NCBI GenBank assembly: GCA_963805415.1
Contig: CAWDUD010000005.1
Location: 434,455 to 498,454, forward strand
DNA length: 64,000 bases
Direction of reading: 5' to 3'
Origin: an uncultured Acidimicrobiia bacterium
GTDB taxonomy: Bacteria > Actinomycetota > Acidimicrobiia > IMCC26256 > JAENVU01
In this document: piece after piece, positions 1-11,500 of the stretch
How positions within the stretch are numbered: position 1 is the first letter of the stretch
Layout: each line of letters opens with the position of its first letter
Program-made: the position numbers and the translations under genes
The notes under the pieces: model-generated
Database searches by the model: none
What the model was told of the DNA's origin: nothing
Seen by the model: the letters and a program-made list of their open reading frames with translations, nothing else

Positions 1-274
1 AGAGGTACTCGGCCGAGCCCTTGCCCTCGATGTCACGGTCCATGGTGCCCTCGAACAGGATCGCCCCGAGGATGCGCCGGCCGTCGAAGGCGGGGCTGGT
101 GATGATCCGCGTGCGCATCTCGTGGATGCGGTCGAACATCTCGTCGTCACCCGAGTACTGACTCTCGTCCACGCCGTAGAGCTTGAGCGCCTTCGGCGAG
201 CTGCCCCCGCTCTGGTCGAGCGCGGCGATGAAGCCCGGGCGGCTCTTGACGACGTCGAAGCATTCCTGGTTCAT
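1..274 (-). CDS. fba: Class I fructose-bisphosphate aldolase, N-terminal 91 codons (gene continues beyond the window start)
   Basis: Reverse-strand reading from ATG (274-272) gives [107 protein letters not shown] and [12 protein letters not shown] are conserved N-terminal blocks of bacterial class I FBA. It is missing from the ORF track only because no stop lies inside the window. Confidence 0.8.
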   Translation of the reverse strand, partial: MNQECFDVVKSRPGFIAALDQSGGSSPKALKLYGVDESQYSGDDEMFDRIHEMRTRIITSPAFDGRRILGAILFEGTMDRDIEGKGSAEYL

Positions 275-342
275 GGGTGAATCCTCGGTTCGTGGGCCGG
301 CCCCGTTGCCGGACTCCTGTCGTGACGGCGACCGGAATGTTG

Positions 343-1560
343 TCAGGCCGGCAGGTCCAGGCGCAGCATCCGGATCGCATTGCCCCGCACGATCTGCACG
401 ATCGTGTCGTCGTCCAGGTCCGCCATGATGTCCATCGCGACCTTGCGGGAGTGGGGCCAGGTGGAGTCCGAGTGCGGGTAGTCGGTCTCGAACGTGATGG
501 TCTCGGCCCCGATCTCGTCGAGCGACTTCAGGCCGTGTGGATCGTCGAAGAAGCATCCGAACACGTGCTCGCGGTAGAGCTCGCTCGGCGGGCGCAGCAC
601 CGTGTCGGCCACACCGCCCCAACCCCGGTTCTCGGCCCACACCTTGTCGGCGCGGTCGAGGACGTACGGGATCCAGCCGATCTGGCCCTCGGAGTAGGCG
701 ACCTGGAGATCGGGGATGCGCTCGAACACGCCCGACATCAGGTAGTCGGTCAACGACATCGCCGCGTTCATGTAGGTGAGCGTCGAGCCGACCGCGGGTG
801 GCGCGTCGGCCGACGTCGACGGCATCTTCGAGCTCGACCCGATGTGCATGCAGACGACGGTCTCGGTCTCCGCGCAGGCCCGGAAGAACGGGTCCCAGTA
901 GTGGTCCTTGTCGTGCACCGACGGCAGGCCGAGGAACGGCGGGATCTCGCTGAAGCACACCGCGTGCCCGCCCCGCGCCGCGTTCCGCCGCACCTCCTCC
1001 GCGGCGAGCCCGGCGTCCCAGAGCTGGATGATCGGCAGCGGGATCAGCCGGCCGTCCGAGCCGGCGCACCACTCGTCGAACATCCAGTCGTTGTACGCCT
1101 TCACACAGAGGTCCGCGAGCTCCTTGTCCTCGCGCTCGAGGAACGTCTGGCCGCAGAAGCGCGGGAACGTCGGGAACGAGAGCGAGGCCTCGACCCAGTT
1201 CACGTCCATGTCCTCGAGCCGCGCCTCCGGGTCCCAGCAGCCCTGGCGCATGTCGTCCATCGTGATCGGGCTGATCGTGACCTCGTCGCGCGGGACGCCC
1301 GCCGCGGCCATCACCCGCGTCAGCGGGTACCGCAGGTCCTCGTAGTCCCACCAGTCGCACCAGGTGCCGTCCTCGCCCTCGCCCGACTCGCGGTAGCTGA
1401 AGACGCCGCCCACGTACTTCATCTCGGCGATCTTGCGCCGCACCATCCGCGGGCCGGTGCCCGCGAACCGCTCGGGGAGCCGGTCCTGCCACACGTCGGG
1501 AGGCTCCATCACGTGGTCGTCGACGGAGATGATCCTGGGGAACTCGTCCGGGGTGAACAT
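343..1560 (-). CDS. Amidohydrolase-2 family (ACMSD/LigW-like) metal-dependent hydrolase/decarboxylase
   Basis: Intact 405-aa ORF. It has N-terminal [14 protein letters not shown] and C-terminal [13 protein letters not shown] signatures typical of the PF04909-type amidohydrolase fold. Amino-acid composition is protein-like, unlike the overlapping Arg/Pro-rich antisense ORF 277..2334. Confidence 0.75.
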   Translation of the reverse strand: MFTPDEFPRIISVDDHVMEPPDVWQDRLPERFAGTGPRMVRRKIAEMKYVGGVFSYRESGEGEDGTWCDWWDYEDLRYPLTRVMAAAGVPRDEVTISPITMDDMRQGCWDPEARLEDMDVNWVEASLSFPTFPRFCGQTFLEREDKELADLCVKAYNDWMFDEWCAGSDGRLIPLPIIQLWDAGLAAEEVRRNAARGGHAVCFSEIPPFLGLPSVHDKDHYWDPFFRACAETETVVCMHIGSSSKMPSTSADAPPAVGSTLTYMNAAMSLTDYLMSGVFERIPDLQVAYSEGQIGWIPYVLDRADKVWAENRGWGGVADTVLRPPSELYREHVFGCFFDDPHGLKSLDEIGAETITFETDYPHSDSTWPHSRKVAMDIMADLDDDTIVQIVRGNAIRMLRLDLPA

Positions 1561-1651
1561 GAGCGCAGGCTACATCTGACGCCCCGTCAGACCCGGGCTC
1601 CACCGCGTGCTCGTAGCCTCCGGGCGCGGAGCCGTCTCGGGAGGAGCAGCG

Positions 1652-2488
1652 ATGGACGTCGGCGTGGTGCAGGAGCTGTGGCGGTACCCGGTGAAGTCGA
1701 TGGCCGGGGAGACCCTGACCGAGGCCGTCGTCGGGGCGGGCGGTCTCGCCGAGGACCGGGGCTGGGCGGTCCGCGAGACCGAGTCGGGGAAGGTGGCGAG
1801 CGCCAAGCAACCCCGCACCTACGGCGAGCTGCTCGACTTCCGCGCGCGTGTCGAGGGTGCCGGCCCCGACGCCGTCGTGACCGTCGCCGGCCCGGACGAG
1901 CTCGCGCTGCGGAGCGACGACCCCGATCACGCCGCGGCCCTGACGAGCGCGCTCGGACGCCCGGTGACCCTCGAGCGCGCCGACGTGGTCGACGCCACGT
2001 ACGAGGCCGAGTGGCCCGACATGGAGGGGCTCGTCATCTCGAACATGACGCTGGACCTCCCCGTGGCCATGAGCACCGAGAAGACGTCCTACGTCGACCT
2101 CGCGGCCCTCCACCTGCTGTCGACCGCGTCGCTGGCGGCCCTCGCCGAGCTCGCACCCGCCAGCACGGTCGATGTGCGCCGCTTCCGGCCGAACCTCCTG
2201 GTCGACACCGGGGGCGCGCGTGGCTTCGTGGACACCGACTGGGTCGGCCACGATCTCGCGGTGGGCGACGAGGTCGTGGTCCGCGTGACCGACAACGCGA
2301 CGCGGTGCGTCATGACGACCCTGGCCCAGGGTGAGCTCGGCCGCGACCGTGGCGTGCTCCAGGCGCTCGCCGCCCACAACCCCCAGGAGTTCGCGGGGCT
2401 CGGCCGGTCGGCCTGCCTCGGCGTCTACGCCGAGGTGGTGGCGCCGGGCCGGATCCGGACCGGCGACGCGGTGCGACTCGCCGGCTGA
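1652..2488 (+). CDS. MOSC domain-containing protein
   Basis: ORF 1607..2488, with the probable start at MDVGVV (1652). [12 protein letters not shown] is the MOSC N-terminal beta-barrel motif. The C-terminal ATRCVMTT carries the conserved MOSC cysteine. Confidence 0.75.
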   Translation: MDVGVVQELWRYPVKSMAGETLTEAVVGAGGLAEDRGWAVRETESGKVASAKQPRTYGELLDFRARVEGAGPDAVVTVAGPDELALRSDDPDHAAALTSALGRPVTLERADVVDATYEAEWPDMEGLVISNMTLDLPVAMSTEKTSYVDLAALHLLSTASLAALAELAPASTVDVRRFRPNLLVDTGGARGFVDTDWVGHDLAVGDEVVVRVTDNATRCVMTTLAQGELGRDRGVLQALAAHNPQEFAGLGRSACLGVYAEVVAPGRIRTGDAVRLAG

Positions 2489-2489
2489 T

Positions 2490-3110
2490 TCAGCCCGCCC
2501 ACGCGGCGAGGACCGCCTCGGTCGTCGTGAGCGTGGCCACGAGGGCGAGCGTGTTGGCGACCACCGCCGCGGCGTAGTCGGCGGGCACGCCGGCGACCGC
2601 GTCCGTCGGCATCACGAACTGGTAGCCGCGGTTGACCGCGTCGAACGCGAAGTTCGTCATCCCGATGTTCACCGACACCCCGACCCCGACGATCGTCGTC
2701 ACGCCCAGGTTGCGCAGCATGGAGTCGAGCTGGGTCCCTGTCATCGGTCCGAGACCGTGATGACGCGGGAGCACGACGTCGCGCGGGTCGGCCCCGATCG
2801 CCTCGGGCACGCCCACCGCGGTCGAGCCCGGCGACAGGTGCAGTGGCGCCGGCGCACCCCGGCGAAGAGGCGCGCGTTGCGTTCGCGCCCACGAGGTCGT
2901 CGCGCGTCTCGGCGGTGCAGTGGAACACGGGAACGGACCGCTCCCGGGCCGCGCCGCGAGCGCGGCGCAGTGTTCGACCAGGTGGACCGCGCCGGCCGCC
3001 GCGGCGAGCTCGGGGAGCACCGACGGCTCACCGACCACCCCGTTCTGCACCTCCTGCAACACCAGCGCGGTGTGGGCGGGCGCGACCAGCGCGCTCAGGT
3101 CCGGCGGCAT
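2490..3110 (-). pseudogene. Isochorismatase-family (cysteine) hydrolase, frame-disrupted
   Basis: Starts [27 protein letters not shown] (ATG 3110-3108) and ends [39 protein letters not shown]...AAWAG. The central conserved block [17 protein letters not shown] sits in a different frame (ORF 2425..2928). This implies at least 2 indels between about 2830 and 2940. Confidence 0.65.
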
Positions 3111-3111
3111 G

Positions 3112-4807
3112 TCAGTCCTCCTCGAACTGGAGTGTGTCCTGCTCCAGGAGCACCGCCTTGACCACCTTGCCGGTGGCGTTGCGCGGGAGTGGCTCGGTCC
3201 GGACGCTCCAGTGCGTGGGGACCTTGAAGTACGCGAGCGTCTCGGCGCAGAAGGCGGCGAGCTCCTCCGGGTCGAGATCGACGCCGGCGCGGAACGACGA
3301 CCGCGCTCGACCTCCTGGCCGAGGGACTCGTGGTCGACGCCGATGACCGCGACCTCGGCGACGTCGGGGTGTGCCTCCAGCCGGTTCTCGATCTCGATCG
3401 GGTACACGTTCTCGCCGCCGCGCAGGATCAGGTCCCGTTTGCGGGTCGCCAGGTAGAGGCGCCCTCCCTCGATGCGGCCGATGTCGCCGGTGCGGAGCCA
3501 GCCGCCCGGGGAAGATCGTCGCCGCGGTCTCCTCGGGGCGCCGCCAGTACCCGGGCATCACCATCGGCCCGCAGGAAGATCTCGCCGTCCTCGCCCTCGG
3601 GGAGCACCGCGCCGTCGTCGCCGCGGATCTCGAGCTGGACCGTCGGCAACGGCCGCCCGGCGGACTCGGGGAACGCGACCAGCTCCTCGCCCGCGTTGAT
3701 CGTGGCGAGCGCGGCACACTCGGTCTGGCCGTAGCCGACACCCATCGACCCGCGGAGGTTCGGGATGGCGGTGCGGGCCCGCTCGAGCAGCGCGGGCGAG
3801 AAGGCGGAGCCGCCGCCGCCGCCGTTGCGCAGCCCGCTCAGGTCGAACTCGCCGAGCCGCGGGTGGTGCACGACCCGGTGGAGCATCGTCGTCGTGTAGG
3901 ACCAGCCGGTGATGCCCTCGTCCTGGATCAGCCCCATCACGAGTCCTCGTCGAACCGACCGAGGGTCCACACCGAGCGGATCCCCGAGATCATGAACGCG
4001 ATCGCACCCATGTGCAGCCCGCGACACGTGGAAGAGCGGATACGTCACGAGCTGGCACACGGGCGGCGGCGGCGTCGACGGGTCCGGCGTTTCAGACATG
4101 GCCTGACGGGCGCCGTGGAAGAACGACATGCCGATCGCGGCGATCACGTTGCGATGGGTGTTGATCGCGCCCTTCGGTCGGCCGGTGGTGCCGCTCGTGT
4201 AGAGGATGAGCGCGGGGTCGTCCTCGGCGATCGGCTGGTCCGGGAGCTGCGCGTCGGGGTGGGCGTGCCAGATGCGGTCGAAATCGTCCTCGATGACGAT
4301 CGTCGGCACGCCCGGGTCCTCGCCCCGCCAGCCGGTCCAGGCGCTTGCGGTCGGCGACGAGCACCGTCGGGTCGCAATCGGCGATCCCGTAGCGGATCTC
4401 GTCGCCGACCCACCAGCCGTTCAGCCCGACGGCGATGGCACCGAGGCTCACCGCGGCCCAGAACGTCACGATCCACTCGGGGGAGTTGCCGCCGAGGATC
4501 GCGACACGATCGCCCGGCCCCGACGCCGTACTCCTCGCGCAGGACCGCGCGACGGACGCCACCGCCCGGAGATGCTCGGCGTGGGTGACCACGCGCCGTT
4601 GCTCGCGGTCGGCGAACACGAAGTAGTCACGGTCGCCGAAGCCGGCCGACGCCTCGAGCGCGGCACGCAGGTGCGGCAACCGGTCGGCGAACACGTCATC
4701 GGCTCGCCGCCGACCGACCTCGGTGGCCGTCTCGAAGAAGCCGCCCGGGCGCGGTGAGCTGCGCCTCGAGCGCGGCCATCCCGTCGGGGAGCCGTCGTGA
4801 CGGTCAT
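3112..4807 (-). pseudogene. AMP-dependent acyl-CoA synthetase/ligase, multiple frameshifts
   Basis: Homologous segments are spread over at least 4 frames. N-terminus: LTAPGGFFE...FADRLPHLRAALEASAGFGDRDYFVF (ORF 4092..4694). AMP-binding core: ILYTSGTTGRPKGAINTHRN and GYGQTECAA (ORF 3428..4309). C-terminus: [24 protein letters not shown] (top of ORF 2490..3407) and [26 protein letters not shown] (ORF 3112..3741). Confidence 0.8.
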
Positions 4808-5914
4808 GCTCCGTCGGCGGCTCAGTCGGCGGAGGCTACAGAACGCCGCGGCCCGCCCCGCGGCGCGGCCCGGCCACGCGCCGCGGTGAGATCGGTCATC
4901 GTCTCGGCAATCCGCGCAGGGGGCGGACTCGCATCGCGCCGTCACGACGCCACAATGGCGTCGCCCTCGGGAGCAGGCCGCGGGCCTCCCTGCCCGGCCC
5001 GCCGGCCGCTCCGGGGGCATTTTTTCCGCTCCCCCGAATCAGCTTCAACCTCGGGCCCGGCGCGTGCCGATAAAACGGCCGTGGTCACCCGCGGCCCTCG
5101 CCGACCTTCCTCCTCGTCGCTCGGGCTCGCTGTGCGCGTCGCGGCCAGCGCGCATGTGGTCGCGTCCTCCACGACCGTGCGCGACCGGACCACCAGTGCT
5201 CGCCGAGGCGACACCCTCGCGAAGAGCGAGCCCGTCCGCGAGGAGTTCGCGTGGAAGATCGCCGACGCCATCGTGCCGCACACCGCCGCAGCCAACCCGA
5301 CCGAGATCAACCGCGCCAACGACATCGCGCGCCAAAGCCGTCGAGACCGCCGCGTTCCAGCAGGCCTTCGTCGCCGGCATGTCCCGGCGCTGTACGACCA
5401 GCTCGTCAACGGCGACCGGGCCGACGTCGTGCTCGACCCGGTCTCGTGACCAGGCCGTCGCCGCCACGGGCGCGACACCGCCGCCCGAGCTACACCTCGC
5501 AGGTCACGGCGTCCGACCTCCCCGACCTGCGACGCCGCTGGAGTGATCGGGCGCGCCGCGGGGCGCTCGGCGCGTTCGCCGTGCTGCTCATCGGGTCGGC
5601 CATCCGATCGTCCGACCACCGCGGCCGCGCGGTCATGCGCGTCGGGCGGTGGATGATCACCGTCGGGAATCGCTGACGATCGTCGCGTTCTGGGCGCTGC
5701 CGACGCTCGGCGTTGCTGCCGCTCGGTGGCTGGGTCGAGCGTGGTCGGCATCGTCCTCGCGACGGGCGACTGGCTCGTCGTCCCGGCGGCGGTCATCGCC
5801 GCGGTCGGGCATCACGATCGTGCGTGATCGGTCGCGCCGGCGAGACCGAGACGCGCCGCCGCAACCTCGCGGCGATCCCGCAGCCGGTCGGACGCACGCC
5901 GCACCGGCCCGCGA

Positions 5915-7012
5915 TCAGCTGACCGCGTCGCCGCGCGTCAGCCCGTCGAGCAGCCCGCCGACCGCACGGTCGCGGACGGCGACGAACCGCTCCACCACGA
6001 GATCGGCCCAACGCGGGTCGTCGGGTGCGAAGGCGGCCCGCAGCTGCTCCTTGACCGCGCGGCGCCGCGGTCCGCGTGGATCGCCGTAGCCGTGCAGCCA
6101 GGCGTCGGCGCGTAGCGCCGTCCGACACCTCGAGGATGTCGACCGTTCCCCACTCGATCGCGACGCCGGCGACCGCGACCCCGGGCAGCCACGCCTCGAT
6201 GCCGTCGAGGACGTCGCCCTGGACGTCGGCCGAGACCGAGGTGCCGTCGGACGGGACCGTGTAGTCGTCGAAGCACTGGTCGAGGCGGGCCCGCCCGTCG
6301 TCGTCGGGATGGCCCGCGATCAGCTCGCCGTGGCCGAAGGGTCCCAGGCCGGTGTGCAGGTCGAGCACCGCCACGTCGCCGGCACCGGCGAGGTGGTCTT
6401 CACGAGCGGTCTGCAGCGTCCGCTGCGACCAGACCGGCGCCGACCCGCCGAAGAACACGCCGCTCGGGTGGCGGTACTGACCGGCGCTCACCGCGGCCTG
6501 GAGGCCGTCGAAGCCGTGCTCGGCCGCGAACTCCAGCAGCGCGCCGGCGGTCTCGGCCTGGGTCGCCTCGTCCCACTGCGGACGGCACGAGACGCGTCGG
6601 CGAGCTCGTCGTAGCCCGGGTTGTCGGGGAGTGGCGCGCGCGAAGTCGATGCAGTTGCGGTTGAGGTCGACGTTGTCCTCGTTGACCCGGCGGATCCACG
6701 CGAACCCGTAGGGGTTGATCGCGTGCACGAGGACGAGCGCGAGATCGTCGGCGACGTCGACGCCGTCGCTCAGCCACGCCGACTGGCACAGGCTCCCGCG
6801 AACCCCTCCACACCGTGGGTGCCCGAGATGACGAGCATGCCGGTTCGGGCGCGTCGGGCGGGCCGAGCACCGCGACGTCGGTGGCCAGCGCGCCTCCGTC
6901 GGGCCGTGTCCGGGTGGTCGTAGTGCGTGAGGGCGCGCCGGCGCCGTGGCCGGCTCGAGGAACGCTGGGCGCGCGGCCTGCCGTAGTCGGAGGCGAGCGT
7001 CGGCGCCCTCAC
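5915..7012 (-). pseudogene. DUF2817 / M14-like zinc-peptidase-fold protein, frameshifted
   Basis: MLVISGTHGVEGFAG (ORF 6770..7012) and LVLVHAINPYGFAWIRRVNEDNVDLNRN...LDLHTGLGPFGHGELI (ORF 5793..7274) are the characteristic DUF2817 blocks. The C-terminus AVRDRAVGGLLDGLTRGDAVS-stop (stop 5917-5915) lies in a third frame. Confidence 0.65.
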
Positions 7013-8746
7013 CGGGTCGTCGAGACCGTGCGCGTGTCGCGGCCCGACCGCAGCACGGTGCCCGGGCGTCGCTCCGGTCGACGTGTTGGCGGTGCACGGT
7101 CTCCACGCCGTTGACGAACACGTGCTCGACCCCGGTGGCGTCGGCCGTCAGGCGCGCGGTGCCACCCGGGAGGTCGGCGACGAGCGTGGCGTGCTCGGAG
7201 CCGATCGGTCGCGGGATCGAACAGCGACGAGGTCGGCGCGGGCACCCGGCGCCGACGACACCGCGGTCGCGCAACCCGAAGAGCTCGCGCCGGGTCCGAC
7301 GTGATCATCTGCACCGCGCGCTCCACGCGGACGAGCCGCCGGCCGCGGAGCATGTCGCCGAGGAAGCGGGTCGTGTACGGCGCGCCGCACATCCGGTCGA
7401 GGTGCGCGCCGGCGTCGGAGCCGCCGAGCATCGCCCGTGGGTCCTCCCAGACCTGCTTGCGCAGGTCCCACGAGCCGGGTCGCCGTCGGGCGCGATCGGC
7501 CAGAGGATCGTGCGGAGGTCGTCGGCGATGCACGATGTCGAGCAGCGTGTCGAACGGCGCCGGTGCCCCGCTCGGCCGCGACGGCTGCGACGGTCCGGCC
7601 CTTGAGCCCCTCGTTCGCCGCCGAGTAGGTGTCCCCGATGCACGTAGTGCGCCCAGTCGGCGAGGCGGCGGAACACGCCGGCCTCCTCGCGAGTTGGCGC
7701 GGGCGTCCATCCAGGCGACGGGTCTCCGGGTCGCGCAGGCGCGCGATGCGTTCGCGGCACCGGGAGGCCCATCACCTCGCTCCATCCCGGGAGCATGAAG
7801 AGCGCGCAGTAGGTGAGGAAGCTCATGTTCATCGGGACGAGCACGGGCATCGTCAGGGCGACGACGCGCCCGCCGAGCGCCGCCGCCCGGTCGGCCGCCG
7901 AGAGCTGGCGGGTGACCCGCTCGGGGACCCGCGAGTCGACCGTCAGGACGTTCCAGTTGAGCGGTCGGGCGGCCGGCGGCCGACATCCGGGCGAAGAGCT
8001 CGATCTCGGCGTCGGCAGAACTGGTCGAGGCAGCCGTCGATGATGCCCTCGAGCGTGGTCCCCTCGTGCTCGCACGACCGCGGCGCAGAGGGCGAGCACC
8101 TCGTCCTCGCTCGCCCACCGCGAGGCGACGGGTTGCCCGTCGCCGTCGGAGTGCGTCTTGGAGAGCGTGGTCGAGAAGCCGAGGCCGCCCGCCTCGATCG
8201 CGGTGCGAGCTCGGCGACCATGGCGCCGACCTCGGCGTCGGTGGCCTCGCGGCCGACGGCCTCCGCGCCCATGACGTAGCGGCGGATCGCACAGTGACCG
8301 ACGAGGAAGCCCGGCGTTGACCGCGATGCCGCCCTCGAGCCGGTCGAGGTACTCGCGCGAAGGTCTCCCAGTCCCAGTCGACGCCGTGCTCGAGCGCGGC
8401 GAGGGGCATCCCTCGACCTTGGCCATCATCCGGCGCAGGTAGTCGGCGTCCTCGGCGTGCAGGGGTGCGAGCGTGAACCCGCAGTTGCCGCCGATCACCG
8501 TGGTGACGCCGTGCACGTTGCTCGGCGACGCGCTCGGGTCCCAGAAGAGCTGCGCGTCGTAGTGCGTGTGCGGGTCGACGAACCCGGGGTCAGCAGGAGC
8601 CCGTCAGCGTCGATCGTGCGGGTGGCGCCGTCGGGGACGTCGCCCACCTCGGCCACCCGACCGTCGACGACCGCGACGTCGGTCACCCGGCCCGGGGCGC
8701 CCGTGCCGTCCACCACCGTGGCCCCCCGAACGACCAGATCCACCAT
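7009..8746 (-). pseudogene. D-aminoacylase (N-acyl-D-amino-acid deacylase, amidohydrolase-3 family), multiple frameshifts
   Basis: N-terminus MVDLVVRGATVVDGTGAPGRVTDVAVVDGRVAEVG...LLLTPG (ORF 8495..8746) is followed by HGVTTVIGGNCGFTLAPL...YLRRMMAKVEG (ORF 7305..8516). Next come MPLAALEHGVDWDWETF (ORF 7009..8409) and further blocks in other frames. C-terminus: LTADATGVEHVFVNGVE and PGTVLRSGRDTRTVSTTR-stop at 7009. Confidence 0.8.
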
Positions 8747-8815
8747 CGGTTCTCCCCACGAAGGTCGTCGGGCGGAGGCTACCGCCGCGGGCCGGACGGT
8801 CGATCCCGGAGCGGC

Positions 8816-9220
8816 CTACCCCCGCTGCTCGGGATTCGGGTTGAGGTGGCGCGGCCGGCACAGCATCTGCTGCCCGCCGGTGGCGAGCAGCGTGCCCGAC
8901 TGCGACCAGATCGCGGCGGTGCCGCCGACGAGCCCGTCGCCGGCCGCGGGCGAGTGCGAGTCCGTCAGGAGGAACTCGTCGTCGGGGCGGTGGGCGTGGA
9001 ACCGGGCCTGCACGTCGATACTCGGCGCGTACCAGTGTCCGCGCCCGGATGGCCGCGTGCGGCGCGAGGTACCCGCCGTTCGGCCCCGTCTCCCAGCGCG
9101 GGAGAGACGGACGAACGGACCGGCCCAGGCGTCGCGCTCGACGGCCGAGCCCGGCTCGCGCCGCCGACGATCTCGGACCCGACCGGTAACCTCCGCAGCC
9201 GTTCGCAGCGAGGGGGCACC
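8816..9220 (-). pseudogene. Hotdog-fold acyl-CoA thioesterase-like remnant (short and frame-disrupted)
   Basis: ETGPNGGYLAPHAAIRA (frame of ORF 8604..9491) resembles the PHGGY motif of TesB/4HBT_3-type thioesterases. HWYAPSIDVQARFHAHRPDDEFLLTDSHSPAAGDGLVGGTAAIWSQSGTLLATGGQQML (ORF 8816..9253) resembles their C-terminal block. Only about 135 codons are available, about half the usual length as I recall it. Confidence 0.3.
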
Positions 9221-10838
9221 GTGGCACGCGCCGACATCGAGTTCGGGACACACCGAGGCTGCTGGCGCACGCCGCGGCCACCCGGGGGGAGCACCCGGCG
9301 ATCCACGACGGCGACGTCGTCGTCACGTGGGCCGAGCTCGAGCGCGTGGCCCGCCGGGCCGCGGCGGCGTACATGGCCCACGGTGTGGAGCCCGGCGACC
9401 GGGTCGCGATCTGGGCGCCGAACGTCTGGGAGTGGATCCCGGCCGCGCTCGGGATCCACCTGGCCGGCGGCGTGCTCGTCCCGCTCAACACCCGCTACAA
9501 GGGGGTCGAGGCCGGCTACATCCTCGGGCGCAGCGGCGCCAGGGTGCTCGTCACGATGGGCGAGTTCCTCGGCGACCGACTACGCCGGCATGCTCGCGGT
9601 GCGCCGTCGACGTCGCCGCCGAGCTGCCCGCGCTGCGCGGCGATCGTGACCCTGCGCACCGGCGGCCCCGTCGGGTTGGGACGCGTTCCTGGCCTCGGGC
9701 GACGGCGTCGACCCGGCCGAGCGTCGACGCCGCGCGTCGACGCGCTCACGCCGGACGACCTCTCCGACATCCTCTTCACCTCCGGCACCACCGGGCAACC
9801 CGAAGGGCGTCATGGAGACGCACGGCGCAGACCCTGCGCGCGTACCAGGCGCTGGAGCGACGTCGTCGGCCTCCGCGAGGGCGACCGCTACCTCATCGTC
9901 AACCCGTTCTTCCACGCGTTCGGGTACAAGGCGGGCATGGCTCGCGCGCGATGCTCACGGGCGCGACGATCTACCCGCAGGCGGTCTTCGACGTCGACGA
10001 GGTGCTCGAGCGCGTCGCCCGCGAGCAGCATCACGATGCTGCCCGGGCCGCCGACGCTCTTCCACACGATCCTCGACCATCCGCGCCGGCGCCGAGCTAC
10101 GACCTGTCGTGGCTGCGCCTCGCGGTCACCGGCGCGGCCGCGATCCCCGTCGAGCTGATCGTGCGCATGCGCGACGAGCTGACGTTCGAGACGATCATCA
10201 CCGGCTACGGCCTCACCGAGGCGTGCGGCATCGCCACCATGTGCCGCTTCGACGACGACCCCGAGACCATCGCGACCACGGCGGGCGCGCGATCCCCGAC
10301 GTCGAGGTGCTCGTGGTCGACGACGCCGGCACGAGGTGCCGCGCGGCGAGCCGGGCGAGGTCGTGGTGCGGGGCTACAACGTGATGCGCGGCTACTTCGA
10401 CGACCCGACCGAGACCGCCGCGACCATCGACGACGACGGCTGGCTGCACACCGGCGACGTCGGCGTCATGGACGAGCGCGGCTACCTGCGCATCACCGAC
10501 CGCACCAAGGACATGTTCATCGTCGGCGGGTTCAACGCCTACCCGGCCGAGATCGAGAACCTGCTGCTGCGCAACGCCGCCATCGCCCAGGTCGCGGTCA
10601 TCGGCGTCCCCGACGAGCGGATGGGCGAGGTCGGCGATGGCGTTCGTCGTGCCGCGGCCCGGCGCGCGACGCCACCCCGACGAGATCATCGCTGGTGCCG
10701 GGACGCCATGGCGAACTTCAAGGTGCCGCGCGTGTCGAGATCGTCGACGAGCTGCCGCTGAACGCCACCGGCAAGGTGCTCAAGTTCCGCCTCCGCGAGC
10801 ATCGCGGCGGAACGACGAGGGTGCCGTCCTGGACCTGA
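9221..10838 (+). pseudogene. AMP-binding fatty-acid--CoA ligase (FadD3-like), multiple frameshifts
   Basis: Segments found: DTPRLLAHAAATRGEHPAIHDGDVVVTWAELERVARRAAAAYMAHGVEPGDRVAIWAPNVWEW (ORF 9346..10158), ILFTSGTTGQPEG, and [14 protein letters not shown] (frame of ORF 8457..10838). Also [68 protein letters not shown] (ORF 10336..10761), then [17 protein letters not shown] and stop at 10838. Confidence 0.8.
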
Positions 10839-10911
10839 CCGCAGGAGGGCCGGGGTACCGCCGGCGTCGTGCCGTTGCACAGCGTGTGCAACGACCTCTA
10901 CGGTGCCGCCG

Positions 10912-11500
10912 ATGACGAGCACCCAGGCGGTCGACGGACCGCTCGGCCCGGGCCCAGCGCACGCGCGACTCGGTCGTCGACGCGGTGCTGTCCCTCGCCG
11001 GCGCCGGCAACACCCGGCCCACCGCCCGCGAGATCGCGGACGCCGCGGGGATCTCGGTGCGCTCGGTCTACGTGCACTTCGACGACCTCGACGACCTGTT
11101 CCGCGCCGCCGCCGACCGCCACCTCGCGCAGATGGCCGAGCTGCTGACGCCCGTCGACGCCGCGCTCCCGCTCGCCGAGCGGATCGCCGCCGTCGGCCGA
11201 GCAGCGGGTCGCGATCCACGAGCGGTTCGGTGCGGTCCGCCGCGCCGCCGAGCAGTGGGCACCGCAGTCCCCGCGCTCGCCGACGTGCTGCGCCAGGGTC
11301 GGACGGTCGGCCGCCACGACATCGAGCGGCTCTTCGGCGCCGAGCTCGGCGGCCGCGACGACGAGGACGTCGCGCTGAGCGCCATCACCACGATGATGAG
11401 CGCCGAGGCGTGGGACAGCCTGCCGGGAGCAGGGCCTCTCGGTCGCGCCGCCGCACGAGGTCGTCGCCCATGCGGTCGACCGCTCCTGGAGGGAGCCTGA
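10912..11500 (+). pseudogene. TetR/AcrR-family transcriptional regulator, frameshifted
   Basis: The HTH block TRPTAREIADAAGISVRSVYVHFDDLDDLF (ORF 10985..11500) is the TetR N-terminal signature. The upstream part from ATG 10912 (MTSTQAV...) is in another frame, and further shifts occur in the ligand-binding half. The stop overlaps the next gene's start (TGATG at 11498-11502). Confidence 0.7.

Noticed and set aside
277-2334. Very long ORFs in the GC-rich half (277..2334 +, 8457..10838 + N-terminal part, parts of 11999..15589 +, 19434..21353 -, 22979..25576 - upstream part, 28540..30651 +, 5793..7274 - in part)
   Set aside because: Their translations are Arg/Pro/Gly/Ala-rich low-complexity strings. 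They lie antisense to, or out of frame with, ORFs that show clear homology. Long spurious ORFs are expected at this GC content because stop codons are AT-rich.
4808-5914. Possible small genes between the acyl-CoA ligase and the DUF2817 gene. Candidates: LAKSEPVREEFAWKIADAIVPHTAAANPTEINRANDIAR.../...VPALYDQLVNGDRADVVLDPVS at about 5206-5449, and hydrophobic fragments GALGAFAVLLIGSAI / LTIVAFWALPTLGVAAA / VVGIVLATGDWLVVPAAVIAAVG at about 5500-5827.
   Set aside because: The fragments are short, spread over three frames, and have no recognisable family or clear start or RBS. I cannot support a gene call, though one or two small frameshifted genes may be present.
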